From NCBI GenBank assembly GCA_963704165.1, contig CAVPHD010000007.1, positions 128,001 through 192,000 on the forward strand: 64,000 nucleotides of DNA, written 5' to 3'. Position 1 is the stretch's first letter. Every line of letters begins with the position of its first letter. A model generated the notes under the pieces. That model was given only the letters and a program-made list of their open reading frames with translations, made no database searches and was not told where the DNA came from. The position numbers were made by a program, and so were the translations under genes. This document shows, in pieces, positions 48,495-57,887 of the stretch. The stretch is from an uncultured delta proteobacterium (lineage in GTDB: Bacteria > Myxococcota_A > UBA9160 > SZUA-336).

Positions 48495-49430
48495 CTCGCG
48501 CTGCTCAGAGTGGAAGAGCCGCTCGATTCTTCGACGGACGGCAGCTTTCCCGCATTTGCGCTCGGCGTCCTCGTGTTCTGGGAGATCCTGCTCCTGGCGA
48601 TGCTGATCGCCCCGATCGGGCGAATCGGGTCTGCGGGGGTTCGCCGACGAGTTCCGCATCTGGTGCTTCGGGTACGACCCGTCGACCGGGCGCATGAATC
48701 CCGGATTGGTGATGGCGATGACGAGCCCGCCGATCGTGATCGGGTCCGGTGCTCGCGCTGGTCTGGTGGCAGCCGCTGCGGGAGCTGATGGTGCGCCGCC
48801 GCGGCTGGCTGCGGCCGTGCGTGGCGAGCGCGCTCACCGTCGCCATCGCCGCGTCGGGGCTCGTGGCGCTCGCTCGAGAGCCCGCCCGAGAGGATCTGCC
48901 CTTTCCAGCGGAGTCTCTGCGCACGGAGATACGCTCCCCCGAGCTGCGGCTCGTGAATCAGAACGGCGATACGGTCGATCTCGCCGAGCTGCGCGGAAAT
49001 GTCGTGGTGCTCACGGCCATATACTCGTCGTGTCCGCTGAGCTGCCCATTGATCCTCGGTCAGGCGAAGGCGGCGATCGCCGACGTCCCGGCGACGCTGC
49101 GCGGCGATCTGCAGGTGATCGCGGTCAGCATGGATCCCGAGCAGGATTCGCCCGAGGTACTCGCGGCGCTCGCTCGCCAGCACGCGGTCGAGGCTCCGGA
49201 GTACTCACTGGTCACGGGCGATCCGGTCGAAGTCGAGCGCATCCTCGACGAGCTCGGGATCTCACGCACGCGGGATCCCGGAGACCGGAGTGATCGATCA
49301 CGCGAATCTCTTCTTGCTCGTCGATCGCGCTGGCCGGATCGCCTACCGCCTCACGCTCGGCGAACGGCAACAGCGCTGGCTGACATCGGCGCTGGAGTTC
49401 CTGCTTCGTGAGGAGCCCGGTGGAGCGTGA
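48491..49430 (+). CDS. SCO1/SenC copper chaperone with an extended N-terminal membrane region (several frameshifts)
   Basis: YSSCPLSCP (CxxxC), SMDPEQDSP and IDHANLFLLVD; the N-terminal TM segments lie in shifting frames. Confidence 0.82.
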
Positions 49431-51510
49431 TGCCATCGGCTTGGCCTCGGAGGTCGCCCATGGTGGCGAGGCCAAGGTCCGCGGCGAGGGTGTGCTGCGC
49501 GCACTCGAGCGACCGTTCCTCGCCTTCGATCGCGTGCTCTCTCGCGCGCTACCGGATGCGCTGAACCCGTTTCTCCAGACGGGGGCCGTGGCGGTGACGG
49601 CGACCCTCGTCGCCACGATCACCGGCGTGCTGCTGCTGTTCTGGTACCGGCCGAGCGTGCACCTGGCGTACTCCTCGGTGGCGGCGATGTCCGACTCCGC
49701 GTGGAGCGCGGGCCTGCTGCGCTCGCTGCATCGCTACAGCTCAGATGCCGCGCTCTTCTTCGCTCTCGTGCACGCTGCGCGGCTCTTCTTCGAGCGACGC
49801 TTCGCCGGTGCGCGCTGGGTTGCCTGGGTGACCGGAGTGGCCTCGCTCCTGGTGGTCTGGGTTCTCGGCTGGACCGGCTACTGGCTGGTCTGGGACGTGC
49901 GCGCGAAGTACGTCGCGGTAGAGACGGCGCGAGTTCTCGACGTGCTGCCGATTTTCGCCGATCCGATGGGGCGCTCGTTCCTCTTCGAGGAGGGAATCAA
50001 CTCTCTCCTGTTCTTCGTCGTGTTCTTCTTCCACATGCTCGCCCCGCTGGCCCTCGCGTTCCTGCTCTGGCTGCATCTGACCCGAACCGCGCGCGCGCGC
50101 TTTCTCACGCGCCTGCCGATGACGATCTGGGTCGTCGGGACGCTCTCACTGCTCTCTGTGGCGTATCCGGCGACGAACGCCGAGCCCGCTCGAATGACCG
50201 CACGCGCCGAGTCGTTCGGCATGGACTGGTGGTACCTGTTTCCGCTCGCGCTCGGGCAGCGGCTCTCGGGCGGCGCGATCTGGGCGGTCTGCCTGATGGG
50301 CGGAGCGCTCGCCGTCTCCGCGCCGTGGACGCTGCGCAAGCGCGTCGGCCGGAGCGCGAAGGTCGATCCTGCGCGCTGCAACGCCTGCGAGCAGTGTTAC
50401 GTGGACTGTCCCTACGAGGCGATCTCGATGATCCCGCGCGAGAACCCCGAGAAACGGAAGAGGTACGCGCTCGAGGCGTTCGTAGATCCCGCGAAGTGCG
50501 TCTCGTGCGGGATCTGTGTCGCTTCGTGCAACTCGATCGGCACGGACCTTCCGGGATTCCCGCTTCGCGACCAGCGACAGCGCGTTTCGACCTGGCTCGA
50601 CCAGGTGAAGGCGAGCGGCGAGAGTGCGGGTGTCGCGTTCGTCTGCGCGCAGTCGGCCGCAGCCGGGCTCGAGATCGAATCGGAGACGGGATTGTGCAGT
50701 GAGCTGCCCGGCTGGCGCGTTCTCGAGGTCCCTTGTGCCGGATGGGTGCACTCGATGTCGATCGAACTCGCCTTGCGACGGGGAGCCAGGAAAGTCCTGA
50801 TCGCGAGCTGTCCGCCCGGGTCGTGTCACTTCCGTGAAGGACCGGAATTCCTCGATCAGCACCTGGCGGGAACTCGGCCCCCGTCCATCCGCGAGAAGTA
50901 CGTCCCCGGGGATGCCGTCGAGGTCGTCTGGTTCGGCCGCGGAAGCGAGCGAGAGCTCGTTCGCGCGGCGAGAGGCGCGCTCGCGGACGAGCGTCGGCCA
51001 GCGGCCGCGGTGCCCGGACGATCCCTTGCCGGCGTCGCATCGGTCGTCCTCGCGGTCGCCGTCAGCGCCATCATCGGTGTTGTCAGCGATTGGGGCTACG
51101 CCGCGCACGCGTCCCCGGGAGCGGAGCTCGTGGTCACGTTCAAGCACCCCGGAGAGCGAAGCGAAGTCTGCCGCGAGCGGACACCGGAAGAGCTCGAGCG
51201 ACTCCCGCAGCACATGCGCGAGGCGAAGGTCTGCGAGCGGGCGCGTGCTCCCGTGCGTCTGCGTGTGAACGTCGACGGCGCACACCGGATCGCACAGACC
51301 TACGCTCCGAGCGGGATCTGGAGCGACGGCTCGAGCGTCGCGGTGGTACCGTTGCGCGTCACGCCGGGGGTGCACGAGATCCGGGTCGAGATCGGAGATA
51401 GTCACGATCCCACGGAATGGACCCATGTCAGCGAGCAGACGCTCGAGTTCGACGAGAGCGTCCGGCGGGTGATCGCGTTCGATCGATCGTCCGGATTCAA
51501 GGTGCACTAG
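49408..51510 (+). CDS. Cytochrome b (b6-like N-terminal) - 2x[4Fe-4S] ferredoxin - MvhD/FlpD [2Fe-2S] fusion with a C-terminal TM and soluble domain (start uncertain)
   Basis: TGVLL, LHRYSS, VHAAR, W.TG, GWTGYWLVWD, FFHM, WLHL, DWWY; CNACEQCYVDCP, CVSCGICVASC; FVC...VPCAG...SCPPGSCHFREG. Confidence 0.85.
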   Translation: MRSPVERDAIGLASEVAHGGEAKVRGEGVLRALERPFLAFDRVLSRALPDALNPFLQTGAVAVTATLVATITGVLLLFWYRPSVHLAYSSVAAMSDSAWSAGLLRSLHRYSSDAALFFALVHAARLFFERRFAGARWVAWVTGVASLLVVWVLGWTGYWLVWDVRAKYVAVETARVLDVLPIFADPMGRSFLFEEGINSLLFFVVFFFHMLAPLALAFLLWLHLTRTARARFLTRLPMTIWVVGTLSLLSVAYPATNAEPARMTARAESFGMDWWYLFPLALGQRLSGGAIWAVCLMGGALAVSAPWTLRKRVGRSAKVDPARCNACEQCYVDCPYEAISMIPRENPEKRKRYALEAFVDPAKCVSCGICVASCNSIGTDLPGFPLRDQRQRVSTWLDQVKASGESAGVAFVCAQSAAAGLEIESETGLCSELPGWRVLEVPCAGWVHSMSIELALRRGARKVLIASCPPGSCHFREGPEFLDQHLAGTRPPSIREKYVPGDAVEVVWFGRGSERELVRAARGALADERRPAAAVPGRSLAGVASVVLAVAVSAIIGVVSDWGYAAHASPGAELVVTFKHPGERSEVCRERTPEELERLPQHMREAKVCERARAPVRLRVNVDGAHRIAQTYAPSGIWSDGSSVAVVPLRVTPGVHEIRVEIGDSHDPTEWTHVSEQTLEFDESVRRVIAFDRSSGFKVH

Positions 51511-51520
51511 GAGAGAACCC

Positions 51521-52858
51521 ATGACGACGAGCGCCCAGCTCATCGCGACTCTCGCGCCGCGCCTCTCGCGCCTTCGCGACTACGTCGATCTGACGCGTCC
51601 CGGCATCCTCGTCGGCGTGCTGCTGACGGCAATGCCGGGACTCGCGCTGGACCCGGTCTCGCGCCCGGACATCGGCACGGTTCTCCTGGTGTTGCTCGGA
51701 GTTGCGCTCGTCGGGGGCGGATCGAGCGCGCTCAATGCATGGTGGGAGCGCGACGCCGATGCGCGCATGGCGCGAACACGCGGTCGGCCGCTGCCATCGG
51801 GGCGCCTGCCCGCGCCGCGCGCGCTGATCTTCGGAGTCGCGTCCTCGATTGCCGGTCTGGCCGCCCTCGGGCTGGCCGGTGGTTGGCTTCCCGCTGCGAT
51901 CGGCGCAGCGACGCTTCTTCACTACCTGCTCGTCTACACCGTCTGGCTGAAGCCGCGCAGCGCATGGAATACGCTGGTCGGCGCCTTGGCGGGATCCACG
52001 GCACCGCTGATCGCCGATGCGGCCGTACACGGACGCGTCGGCGTCTGGGGCCTGTCCCTTTTCGCGATCGTGCTCTTCTGGCAGCCACCGCATGTCTTCG
52101 CGATCGCCTTGTACCGGCGCGAGGAGTACGCCGCCGCGCCGTTTCGGATGCTGCCGGCGGTCGTCGGCGACGTCGCGACGCGACGCTTCAGTCTCGCCTT
52201 CGCGTTCGCGCTGATCCCGATCTCGATGCTGCCGTTCTTCGGGGGTGTGTTCGGCGCTGGCTACGCGGTGGTGGCCGCGCTCGGGGGCGTCGCGTTCAGC
52301 GCTTCGATCGTCGCTTCGATGCGGGCGCGAACGGATGCCGCCGATCGGCGCGTGTTCATCGTGTCGCTGTCGTACCTCGCAGCTCTGTTCGGGGCGATGA
52401 TGCTCGAGATCGGAGCCAGAGGAGTGGGAATGGGCCCGCGCGAGCTGCTACCGCACGTGAACGGCGCGCTCAACGCCGCGATCACCGCACTCCTGATCGC
52501 CGCATTCGTCGCGATCCGCCGGGGCCGACGCGAGACCCACCGACGGCTGATGGTCTCGGCCGTATCTCTCGGGACCGCGTTCGTCGGCCTCTACGTCCTC
52601 CAGACCGCGCTGCTCGGCCACCAGCGCTTCCCCGGAGACGATTGGGTGCGAACGCTCTTCCTGTCGGTGCTGACGACGCACACGATCCTCGCGGTCGTCG
52701 TCGTCCCGCTGGTGGCCCGCGCTCTGTTTCTGGGGCTTCGAGAGCGCTTCGTCGAGCATCGCCGCATCGTCCGCGTGGCCTATCCCATCTGGCTCTACGT
52801 CGCGCTGACGGGGCTGTTCATCTACTGGATGAACAACTTCGTGCGACCGGGATCCTAG
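51521..52858 (+). CDS. ctaB: Protoheme IX farnesyltransferase (heme o synthase) fused to a C-terminal DUF420-like domain
   Basis: LTRP, N...ERDADARMARTRGRPLPSG, YT.WLKP, FWQPPH..A...REEY; then LPHVNGALN, HRRLM, HTILA, HRRI...YPIWLYV.LTG. Confidence 0.9.
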   Translation: MTTSAQLIATLAPRLSRLRDYVDLTRPGILVGVLLTAMPGLALDPVSRPDIGTVLLVLLGVALVGGGSSALNAWWERDADARMARTRGRPLPSGRLPAPRALIFGVASSIAGLAALGLAGGWLPAAIGAATLLHYLLVYTVWLKPRSAWNTLVGALAGSTAPLIADAAVHGRVGVWGLSLFAIVLFWQPPHVFAIALYRREEYAAAPFRMLPAVVGDVATRRFSLAFAFALIPISMLPFFGGVFGAGYAVVAALGGVAFSASIVASMRARTDAADRRVFIVSLSYLAALFGAMMLEIGARGVGMGPRELLPHVNGALNAAITALLIAAFVAIRRGRRETHRRLMVSAVSLGTAFVGLYVLQTALLGHQRFPGDDWVRTLFLSVLTTHTILAVVVVPLVARALFLGLRERFVEHRRIVRVAYPIWLYVALTGLFIYWMNNFVRPGS

Positions 52859-52890
52859 AAGCTTCGTAGCCGCGATCTCGTCCGATGGCG

Positions 52891-52908
52891 TTATGATACC
52901 CATCATAG
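52891..52908. promoter_or_regulatory. Second copy of the palindromic operator (TTATGATA-CC-CATCATAG)
   Basis: 15/18 identical to 42721-42738; located 58 bp upstream of the acyl-CoA dehydrogenase. Confidence 0.7.
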
Positions 52909-52966
52909 ACGCGCCGACGTGCGCTCCATAGCCTTCGACGCATCCATCGCGTCGAGGAGGACACCC

Positions 52967-54172
52967 ATGCCGATCACGGACATCGAAGTCGGGCTCAGCG
53001 ACGAGCAGCGCAGCATCCGCGACAATGCGCGGAAGTTCGCCGACGAGGTGATGCGGCCAGCCGGGATCGCGCTCGATCGTCTCTCCGACCCGGCGCAGGT
53101 GATCGCTCCGGACTCGCCGCTCTGGCGAGTTCTCGAGAAGTCGCGCGAGCTCGGTTTCGAGCAGCTCGAATCTTCGGCCGGTGACCTCTCTCCGGGAGAG
53201 GCTGCGCGCATCCGCTACCTGGTCAACGAGGAACTGGGTCGCGGGGATTCGGGTCTCGCGATCAGTCTGGCGGTCGCGAGCTTCCACCGCATCTTCGCGC
53301 AGATGTCCGGCCGCCCGGCGCTGATCGAGCGCTTCTGCGGCGAGTCTTCGCGCGAGATCGGCTGCTGGGCGATCACCGAGCCCGATCATGGCAGCGATTC
53401 GCTGACGGTCACCGAGCCGCACTTCCGCGATCCCGCGTTGAAACCGAACTGTGTGGCCCGCAAGGACGGCAAGGAGTGGGTGATCCAAGGCCAGAAGGCC
53501 GCGTGGGTCTCGAACGGCACGATCTCCACCGTGGCGTCGCTGTTCTGCACGATCGATCCGAAGGCGGGATTCATCGGCGGGGGCGTGTGCCTCGTTCCGC
53601 TCGACCAGCCCGGCGTTTCTCGTGGCAAGCCACTCGACAAGATCGGACAGCGAGCCTTGAATCAGGGCGAGATCTTCTTCGACGACGTGCGCATTCCCGA
53701 GGAGTACATGATCGTCGGAGCCGAGGGGTACGGCACCGTCGTCGAGATGGTGCTGACGATGGCGAATGCCTCGATGGGCGCGATCTTCGTCGGCGTAGCC
53801 CAGGCGGCGCTCGAACTCGCGGTCGCCTACGCGAAGGAACGCGTGCAAGGGGGGCTGCCGATCATCCAGCACCAGAGCGTGCGCGGACGACTCTTCAAGA
53901 TGTTCGCGCGCACGGAAGCCGCACGAGCGCTGGCGCGTCGCGTCGCGCTCTACAATGCGACGAACCCGCCGCTCCTGCAGTACTCGATCGCCTCCAAGAC
54001 CTTCGTCACGCAGACCGCATTCGAGGTGGCGAGCGAGGCGCTCCAGATCTTCGGCGGAAACGGACTGACGCGCGAATACCCGATCGAGAAGCTCGTGCGT
54101 GACGCGCGCGCTTCGATGATCGAGGACGGTTGCAACGAGGTTCTCGGCCTGGTCGGCGCGACGCGGCTCTGA
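52967..54172 (+). CDS. Acyl-CoA dehydrogenase
   Basis: EELGRGD, WAITEPDHGSD, GQKAAWVSNG, DKIGQR, YAKERVQGG, QIFGGNG..REYPIEKLVRDAR...IEDG.NE. Confidence 0.94.
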   Translation: MPITDIEVGLSDEQRSIRDNARKFADEVMRPAGIALDRLSDPAQVIAPDSPLWRVLEKSRELGFEQLESSAGDLSPGEAARIRYLVNEELGRGDSGLAISLAVASFHRIFAQMSGRPALIERFCGESSREIGCWAITEPDHGSDSLTVTEPHFRDPALKPNCVARKDGKEWVIQGQKAAWVSNGTISTVASLFCTIDPKAGFIGGGVCLVPLDQPGVSRGKPLDKIGQRALNQGEIFFDDVRIPEEYMIVGAEGYGTVVEMVLTMANASMGAIFVGVAQAALELAVAYAKERVQGGLPIIQHQSVRGRLFKMFARTEAARALARRVALYNATNPPLLQYSIASKTFVTQTAFEVASEALQIFGGNGLTREYPIEKLVRDARASMIEDGCNEVLGLVGATRL

Positions 54173-54194
54173 GACGGAGCGGAGAGGAAGAGCC

Positions 54195-54983
54195 ATGGAG
54201 CTACGCGAGGTGATCGGCAATCGGCGCTCGATCCGCTTCCTGCGACCGTACAAGCCGGTCGAGCCGGAGAAGATCCAGCGCATGCTCGAAGCGGCGCGGC
54301 TCGCGTCGTTCTGGGGGAACGTCAGCGCGCTCCGCGCCGTGGTCGTCTTTCGCGACACCGCGCCGAAGGAAGTGGTCGATGCGATCGTCGCGCCCGTCGC
54401 CGGCTTCCAGATCCGCCGCGCGCCCGTCGTGATCGTCTGGTACCTCGACACCCGTGCGATCGACGATCAGTCCAATCGACTGCGGGAGCTGCTGAAAGCG
54501 GGTGCGCTGGGATTCGGCGAGGGCAAGGAGCAGGCGCTCGAGACGCAGCTCATCCCGATCTTCACGACGCTGCTCGAGCGGCTGAAGGAGCCGGGTCTGA
54601 CGGAAGTCGATTGCGGCCAGGGGATCGCTCAGGCCACGCTCGTCGCGTACGAGCAGGGACTCGGCACCTGCTGTCTCGGTACACCGAACAGCGACAAGAT
54701 CCGCATCGCGCTCGGGATGCCGGACGCGTGCCGGATCCTGGTCTTGCAGACCGTCGGCTATCCGCTCGAAGATCCGCTCGCCGGTGGGCAGCGGCCGCGG
54801 CGGCCTTTCGGAGAGCTCTTCCACATGAACAGCTACGGGAGCGCGTTTCCGCGCGATCCGAAGGTCGTGGAGGAGCTGCGCGCCGATCGGATGATCCAGG
54901 ATGCCGCGCCGCTCCCGTACCGGGAAGCGGAGCTCGACTTCCTGCAAAAAGCACTCGACATCAAGGGTCACGGACTTCTGTGA
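54195..54983 (+). CDS. Nitroreductase family protein
   Basis: RRSIRF, LEAARLAS, LVAYEQGLGTC, VGYP. Confidence 0.88.
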   Translation: MELREVIGNRRSIRFLRPYKPVEPEKIQRMLEAARLASFWGNVSALRAVVVFRDTAPKEVVDAIVAPVAGFQIRRAPVVIVWYLDTRAIDDQSNRLRELLKAGALGFGEGKEQALETQLIPIFTTLLERLKEPGLTEVDCGQGIAQATLVAYEQGLGTCCLGTPNSDKIRIALGMPDACRILVLQTVGYPLEDPLAGGQRPRRPFGELFHMNSYGSAFPRDPKVVEELRADRMIQDAAPLPYREAELDFLQKALDIKGHGLL

Positions 54984-55005
54984 CTCGTCTCTGGGAGGAC
55001 GTCCA

Positions 55006-56238
55006 ATGCGAATGAATGCGGTCGTGGCCGGAGTCGGCATGACGACGTTCGGCAAGCACTTCGACATGGGGCTGAAGGCGCTCGGCGCCGAAGCCGTGCG
55101 TGCCGCGCTCGGCGATGCGGGAATCGATGCGAAGGATCTCGAGGCTGCATGGGTCGGGAACGCCGCGGCGGGTCTGATCACCGGTCAGGAGTCGATCCGC
55201 GGCCAGGTCATCCTTCGGTCGATCGACATCGGCAAGATCCCGGTGGTCAACGTCGAGAACGCGTGCGCAAGCGCCTCCACCGCGTTCCAGCAGGCGACCG
55301 CGATGGTGAGCGCCGGGCTCTACGACGTCGTGTTGGCGCTCGGCGTCGAGAAGCTCTACCACGCCGACAAGAAGCGCAGCTTCGCCGCGTTCACGGGCGC
55401 GGTCGACGTCGAGGCGCTGCAGGGAATTCTCCAGTCGCTGCAGAAGGGCGCCGCCGACACGGGTGCCAAGAGCGCGTCGAGCGGCGCCGGTGAGAGCCGC
55501 TCGATGTTCATGGACATCTACGCGGCCACGGCGCGGAACCACATGAAGCGCTACGGCACGACCGTCCGCCAGTTCGCGGGAGTCTCGGCCAAGAACTCGG
55601 AGCACGGCAGTCAGAACGCACGTGCGCAGTTCCGCGACGTGCTCAGCGTCGACGACGTGCTCGCGGCGCCGATGATCGCCGAGCCGTTGACGCGTCCGAT
55701 GTGCTCGCCGATCGGCGACGGTGCGGCCGCCGTCGTGATCATGAGCGAGCGCAAGGCGCGCGAGTTCGGGATTCGCAATCCGATCCGCGTCGCTTCTTCG
55801 GTGCTGCGCTCCGGCTGGGATCACGGCGTCGACGATCCGGGCACCGTCGAGCTGACCTCGCGCGACGCCTACGAAGACGCCGGCATCGGTCCGAACGAGC
55901 TCAGCGTGATCGAGTGCCACGATGCTTCCGCCCCGGCTGAGGTCCTGGCGTACGAATCGCTCGGCCTCTGCGGAAAGGGAGAGGGCGGAAGGCTGATCGA
56001 CGAGGGTGCGACGCGTCTCGGCGGGCGCATCCCGGTGAACACGTCGGGCGGTCTGCTTCGAAAGGGACACCCGGTCGGCGCGACGGGGCTCGCTCAGATC
56101 GTCGAGCTCACCGAACAGCTGCAAGGCCGTTCGGGCGCGCGCCAGGTCGCCGGTGCTCGCGTGGCTCTGGCGCACAACGGCGGCGGAAACATCGGCACCG
56201 ATGCCGCAGCGATGTGCGTGACGATTCTCCGGACCTGA
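55006..56238 (+). CDS. SCP2-type thiolase family protein
   Basis: NVENACASAS, CSPIGDGAAA, ECHDA, VNTSGGL..KGHPVGATG. Confidence 0.92.
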   Translation: MRMNAVVAGVGMTTFGKHFDMGLKALGAEAVRAALGDAGIDAKDLEAAWVGNAAAGLITGQESIRGQVILRSIDIGKIPVVNVENACASASTAFQQATAMVSAGLYDVVLALGVEKLYHADKKRSFAAFTGAVDVEALQGILQSLQKGAADTGAKSASSGAGESRSMFMDIYAATARNHMKRYGTTVRQFAGVSAKNSEHGSQNARAQFRDVLSVDDVLAAPMIAEPLTRPMCSPIGDGAAAVVIMSERKAREFGIRNPIRVASSVLRSGWDHGVDDPGTVELTSRDAYEDAGIGPNELSVIECHDASAPAEVLAYESLGLCGKGEGGRLIDEGATRLGGRIPVNTSGGLLRKGHPVGATGLAQIVELTEQLQGRSGARQVAGARVALAHNGGGNIGTDAAAMCVTILRT

Positions 56239-56254
56239 TCGAAAGGAGCCCAAG

Positions 56255-57871
56255 ATGCGCGAGCAGAGCCCGCTGATCCTCGGTGATCTGGTCCGGATCC
56301 GTGCGAACGAGAAGCCCGATCTCGACGTCCTGACGTTCGAGCACCTCTCGCTCGACGAGGGCCGCACGCCGGACGAGGTGCGGACCTACTCCGGGCTCGC
56401 GACCCATGCGAACCGGATCGCAGCCACTCTCATCGCGCGCGGGCTCGCGCGCGGTGACCGCTTCGGGTTGATGATGCGAAATCACCCGGAGTACGTGGAG
56501 ACGATGACCGCCGCCTCGATCACGGCGACGGTCTTCGTGCCGATCGACCCACGCACGCGTGGCGAGAAGCTCGCGTTCTTCCTCGGTCGGGCGGGCTGCA
56601 AGGGCATCGTCTGTGCGGACTATTGCCTGCCCGCCATCGAAGCCGTGCGCGGCTCGCTCCCCGACCTCGAATGGATCCTGGCGCTCGACACGGGCGAGGG
56701 CGACGACGCCGTGCCTCTGTCCTCGGTGAAAGGGGTGGAGTCGCTGCGCGAGGTCTTGTCGAAGCCGGTGCCGGGCGTCGATTCGCGCCTCGTCGACGCG
56801 AACGATCCCCTGCAGATCATCTACACCTCCGGCACCACGGGAGATCCGAAGGGCGTGGTGTTTCCGAACGCGCGATTCGGCGGCTTCGCGATGCTCGGCG
56901 CATTGCTCGGCTATCAGGCCGACGAGCGGCCCTACACGGGTCTCTCGCTCACCCACGGAAACGCCCAGGCCGTGACGCTGGGTCCATCGCTGTCGATGGG
57001 GCTGCGCGCGGTCTTCAGTCGCAGGTTCACGAAGTCGCGGCTCTGGGACGTCTGTCGCTTGCACGGGTGCACCACGTTCTCTCTGCTCGGCGGCATGTCG
57101 ACCGCGATCTACAGCGAACCGCTGCGGAAGAACGACGCCGACAACCCCGTGCGCAAGGTGATCAGCGCGGGCATGCCCGCTGCGATCTGGGCGTCGTTCG
57201 AGAAGCGCTTCAACGTGAAGATCTTCGAGTGGTACGGCGCCGTCGAGGGCGGACTCGCATTCAAGCCGATTGGCGAGGGTCCGATCGGCTCGTTCGGGAA
57301 GTCGGCGCCGGGGCTCGACATGCGCGTGCTCGACGACAACGACCGCGAGTGCGCGCCCGGCGAGATCGGCGAGATCTGCTCCCGCCCGTCGAGCGGCGCG
57401 TCGGCCGAGGTGGAGTACTTCGAGAACGCCGAAGCGTCCGCGCAGAAGACCCGTGGCGGCTGGCTGCGCAGCGGTGACATGGGTTCGCGCGACGCGGAGG
57501 GGTGGTTCTTCTTTTCGCATCGAAAGGGCGGCGGCATCCGTCACAACGGCGACTTCGTGAATGCCGGATTCGTCGAGAAGCTGATCGCCGAGCAGCCGAG
57601 CGTCTCCGATGTCTTCGTCTACGGCGTGCCGGCCGCATCTGGATCGCCCGGCGAGAAGGACGTGGTCGCCGCGATCGTCCCGCAATCCGGCGCGACGTTC
57701 GACCCGGCCGCGATCTATGCCGCGTGCCGCGCCGGTCTCGAGTCGAATTTCGTTCCGTCCTACCTTCAGGTCGTCGACGAGATTCCGAAGACCGCGTCCG
57801 AGAAGCCGCAGGAGCGATTTCTGCTCGATCGCTTCGCACCCGATGCGAAGAATGTCTACGTCGAGCGGTAA
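56255..57871 (+). CDS. Acyl-CoA synthetase (CaiC-like AMP-binding enzyme)
   Basis: YTSGTTGDPKG, WYGAVEG, WLRSGD, IPKTASEK. Confidence 0.92.
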   Translation: MREQSPLILGDLVRIRANEKPDLDVLTFEHLSLDEGRTPDEVRTYSGLATHANRIAATLIARGLARGDRFGLMMRNHPEYVETMTAASITATVFVPIDPRTRGEKLAFFLGRAGCKGIVCADYCLPAIEAVRGSLPDLEWILALDTGEGDDAVPLSSVKGVESLREVLSKPVPGVDSRLVDANDPLQIIYTSGTTGDPKGVVFPNARFGGFAMLGALLGYQADERPYTGLSLTHGNAQAVTLGPSLSMGLRAVFSRRFTKSRLWDVCRLHGCTTFSLLGGMSTAIYSEPLRKNDADNPVRKVISAGMPAAIWASFEKRFNVKIFEWYGAVEGGLAFKPIGEGPIGSFGKSAPGLDMRVLDDNDRECAPGEIGEICSRPSSGASAEVEYFENAEASAQKTRGGWLRSGDMGSRDAEGWFFFSHRKGGGIRHNGDFVNAGFVEKLIAEQPSVSDVFVYGVPAASGSPGEKDVVAAIVPQSGATFDPAAIYAACRAGLESNFVPSYLQVVDEIPKTASEKPQERFLLDRFAPDAKNVYVER

Positions 57872-57887
57872 CCGGGCCGAGAGCGAG

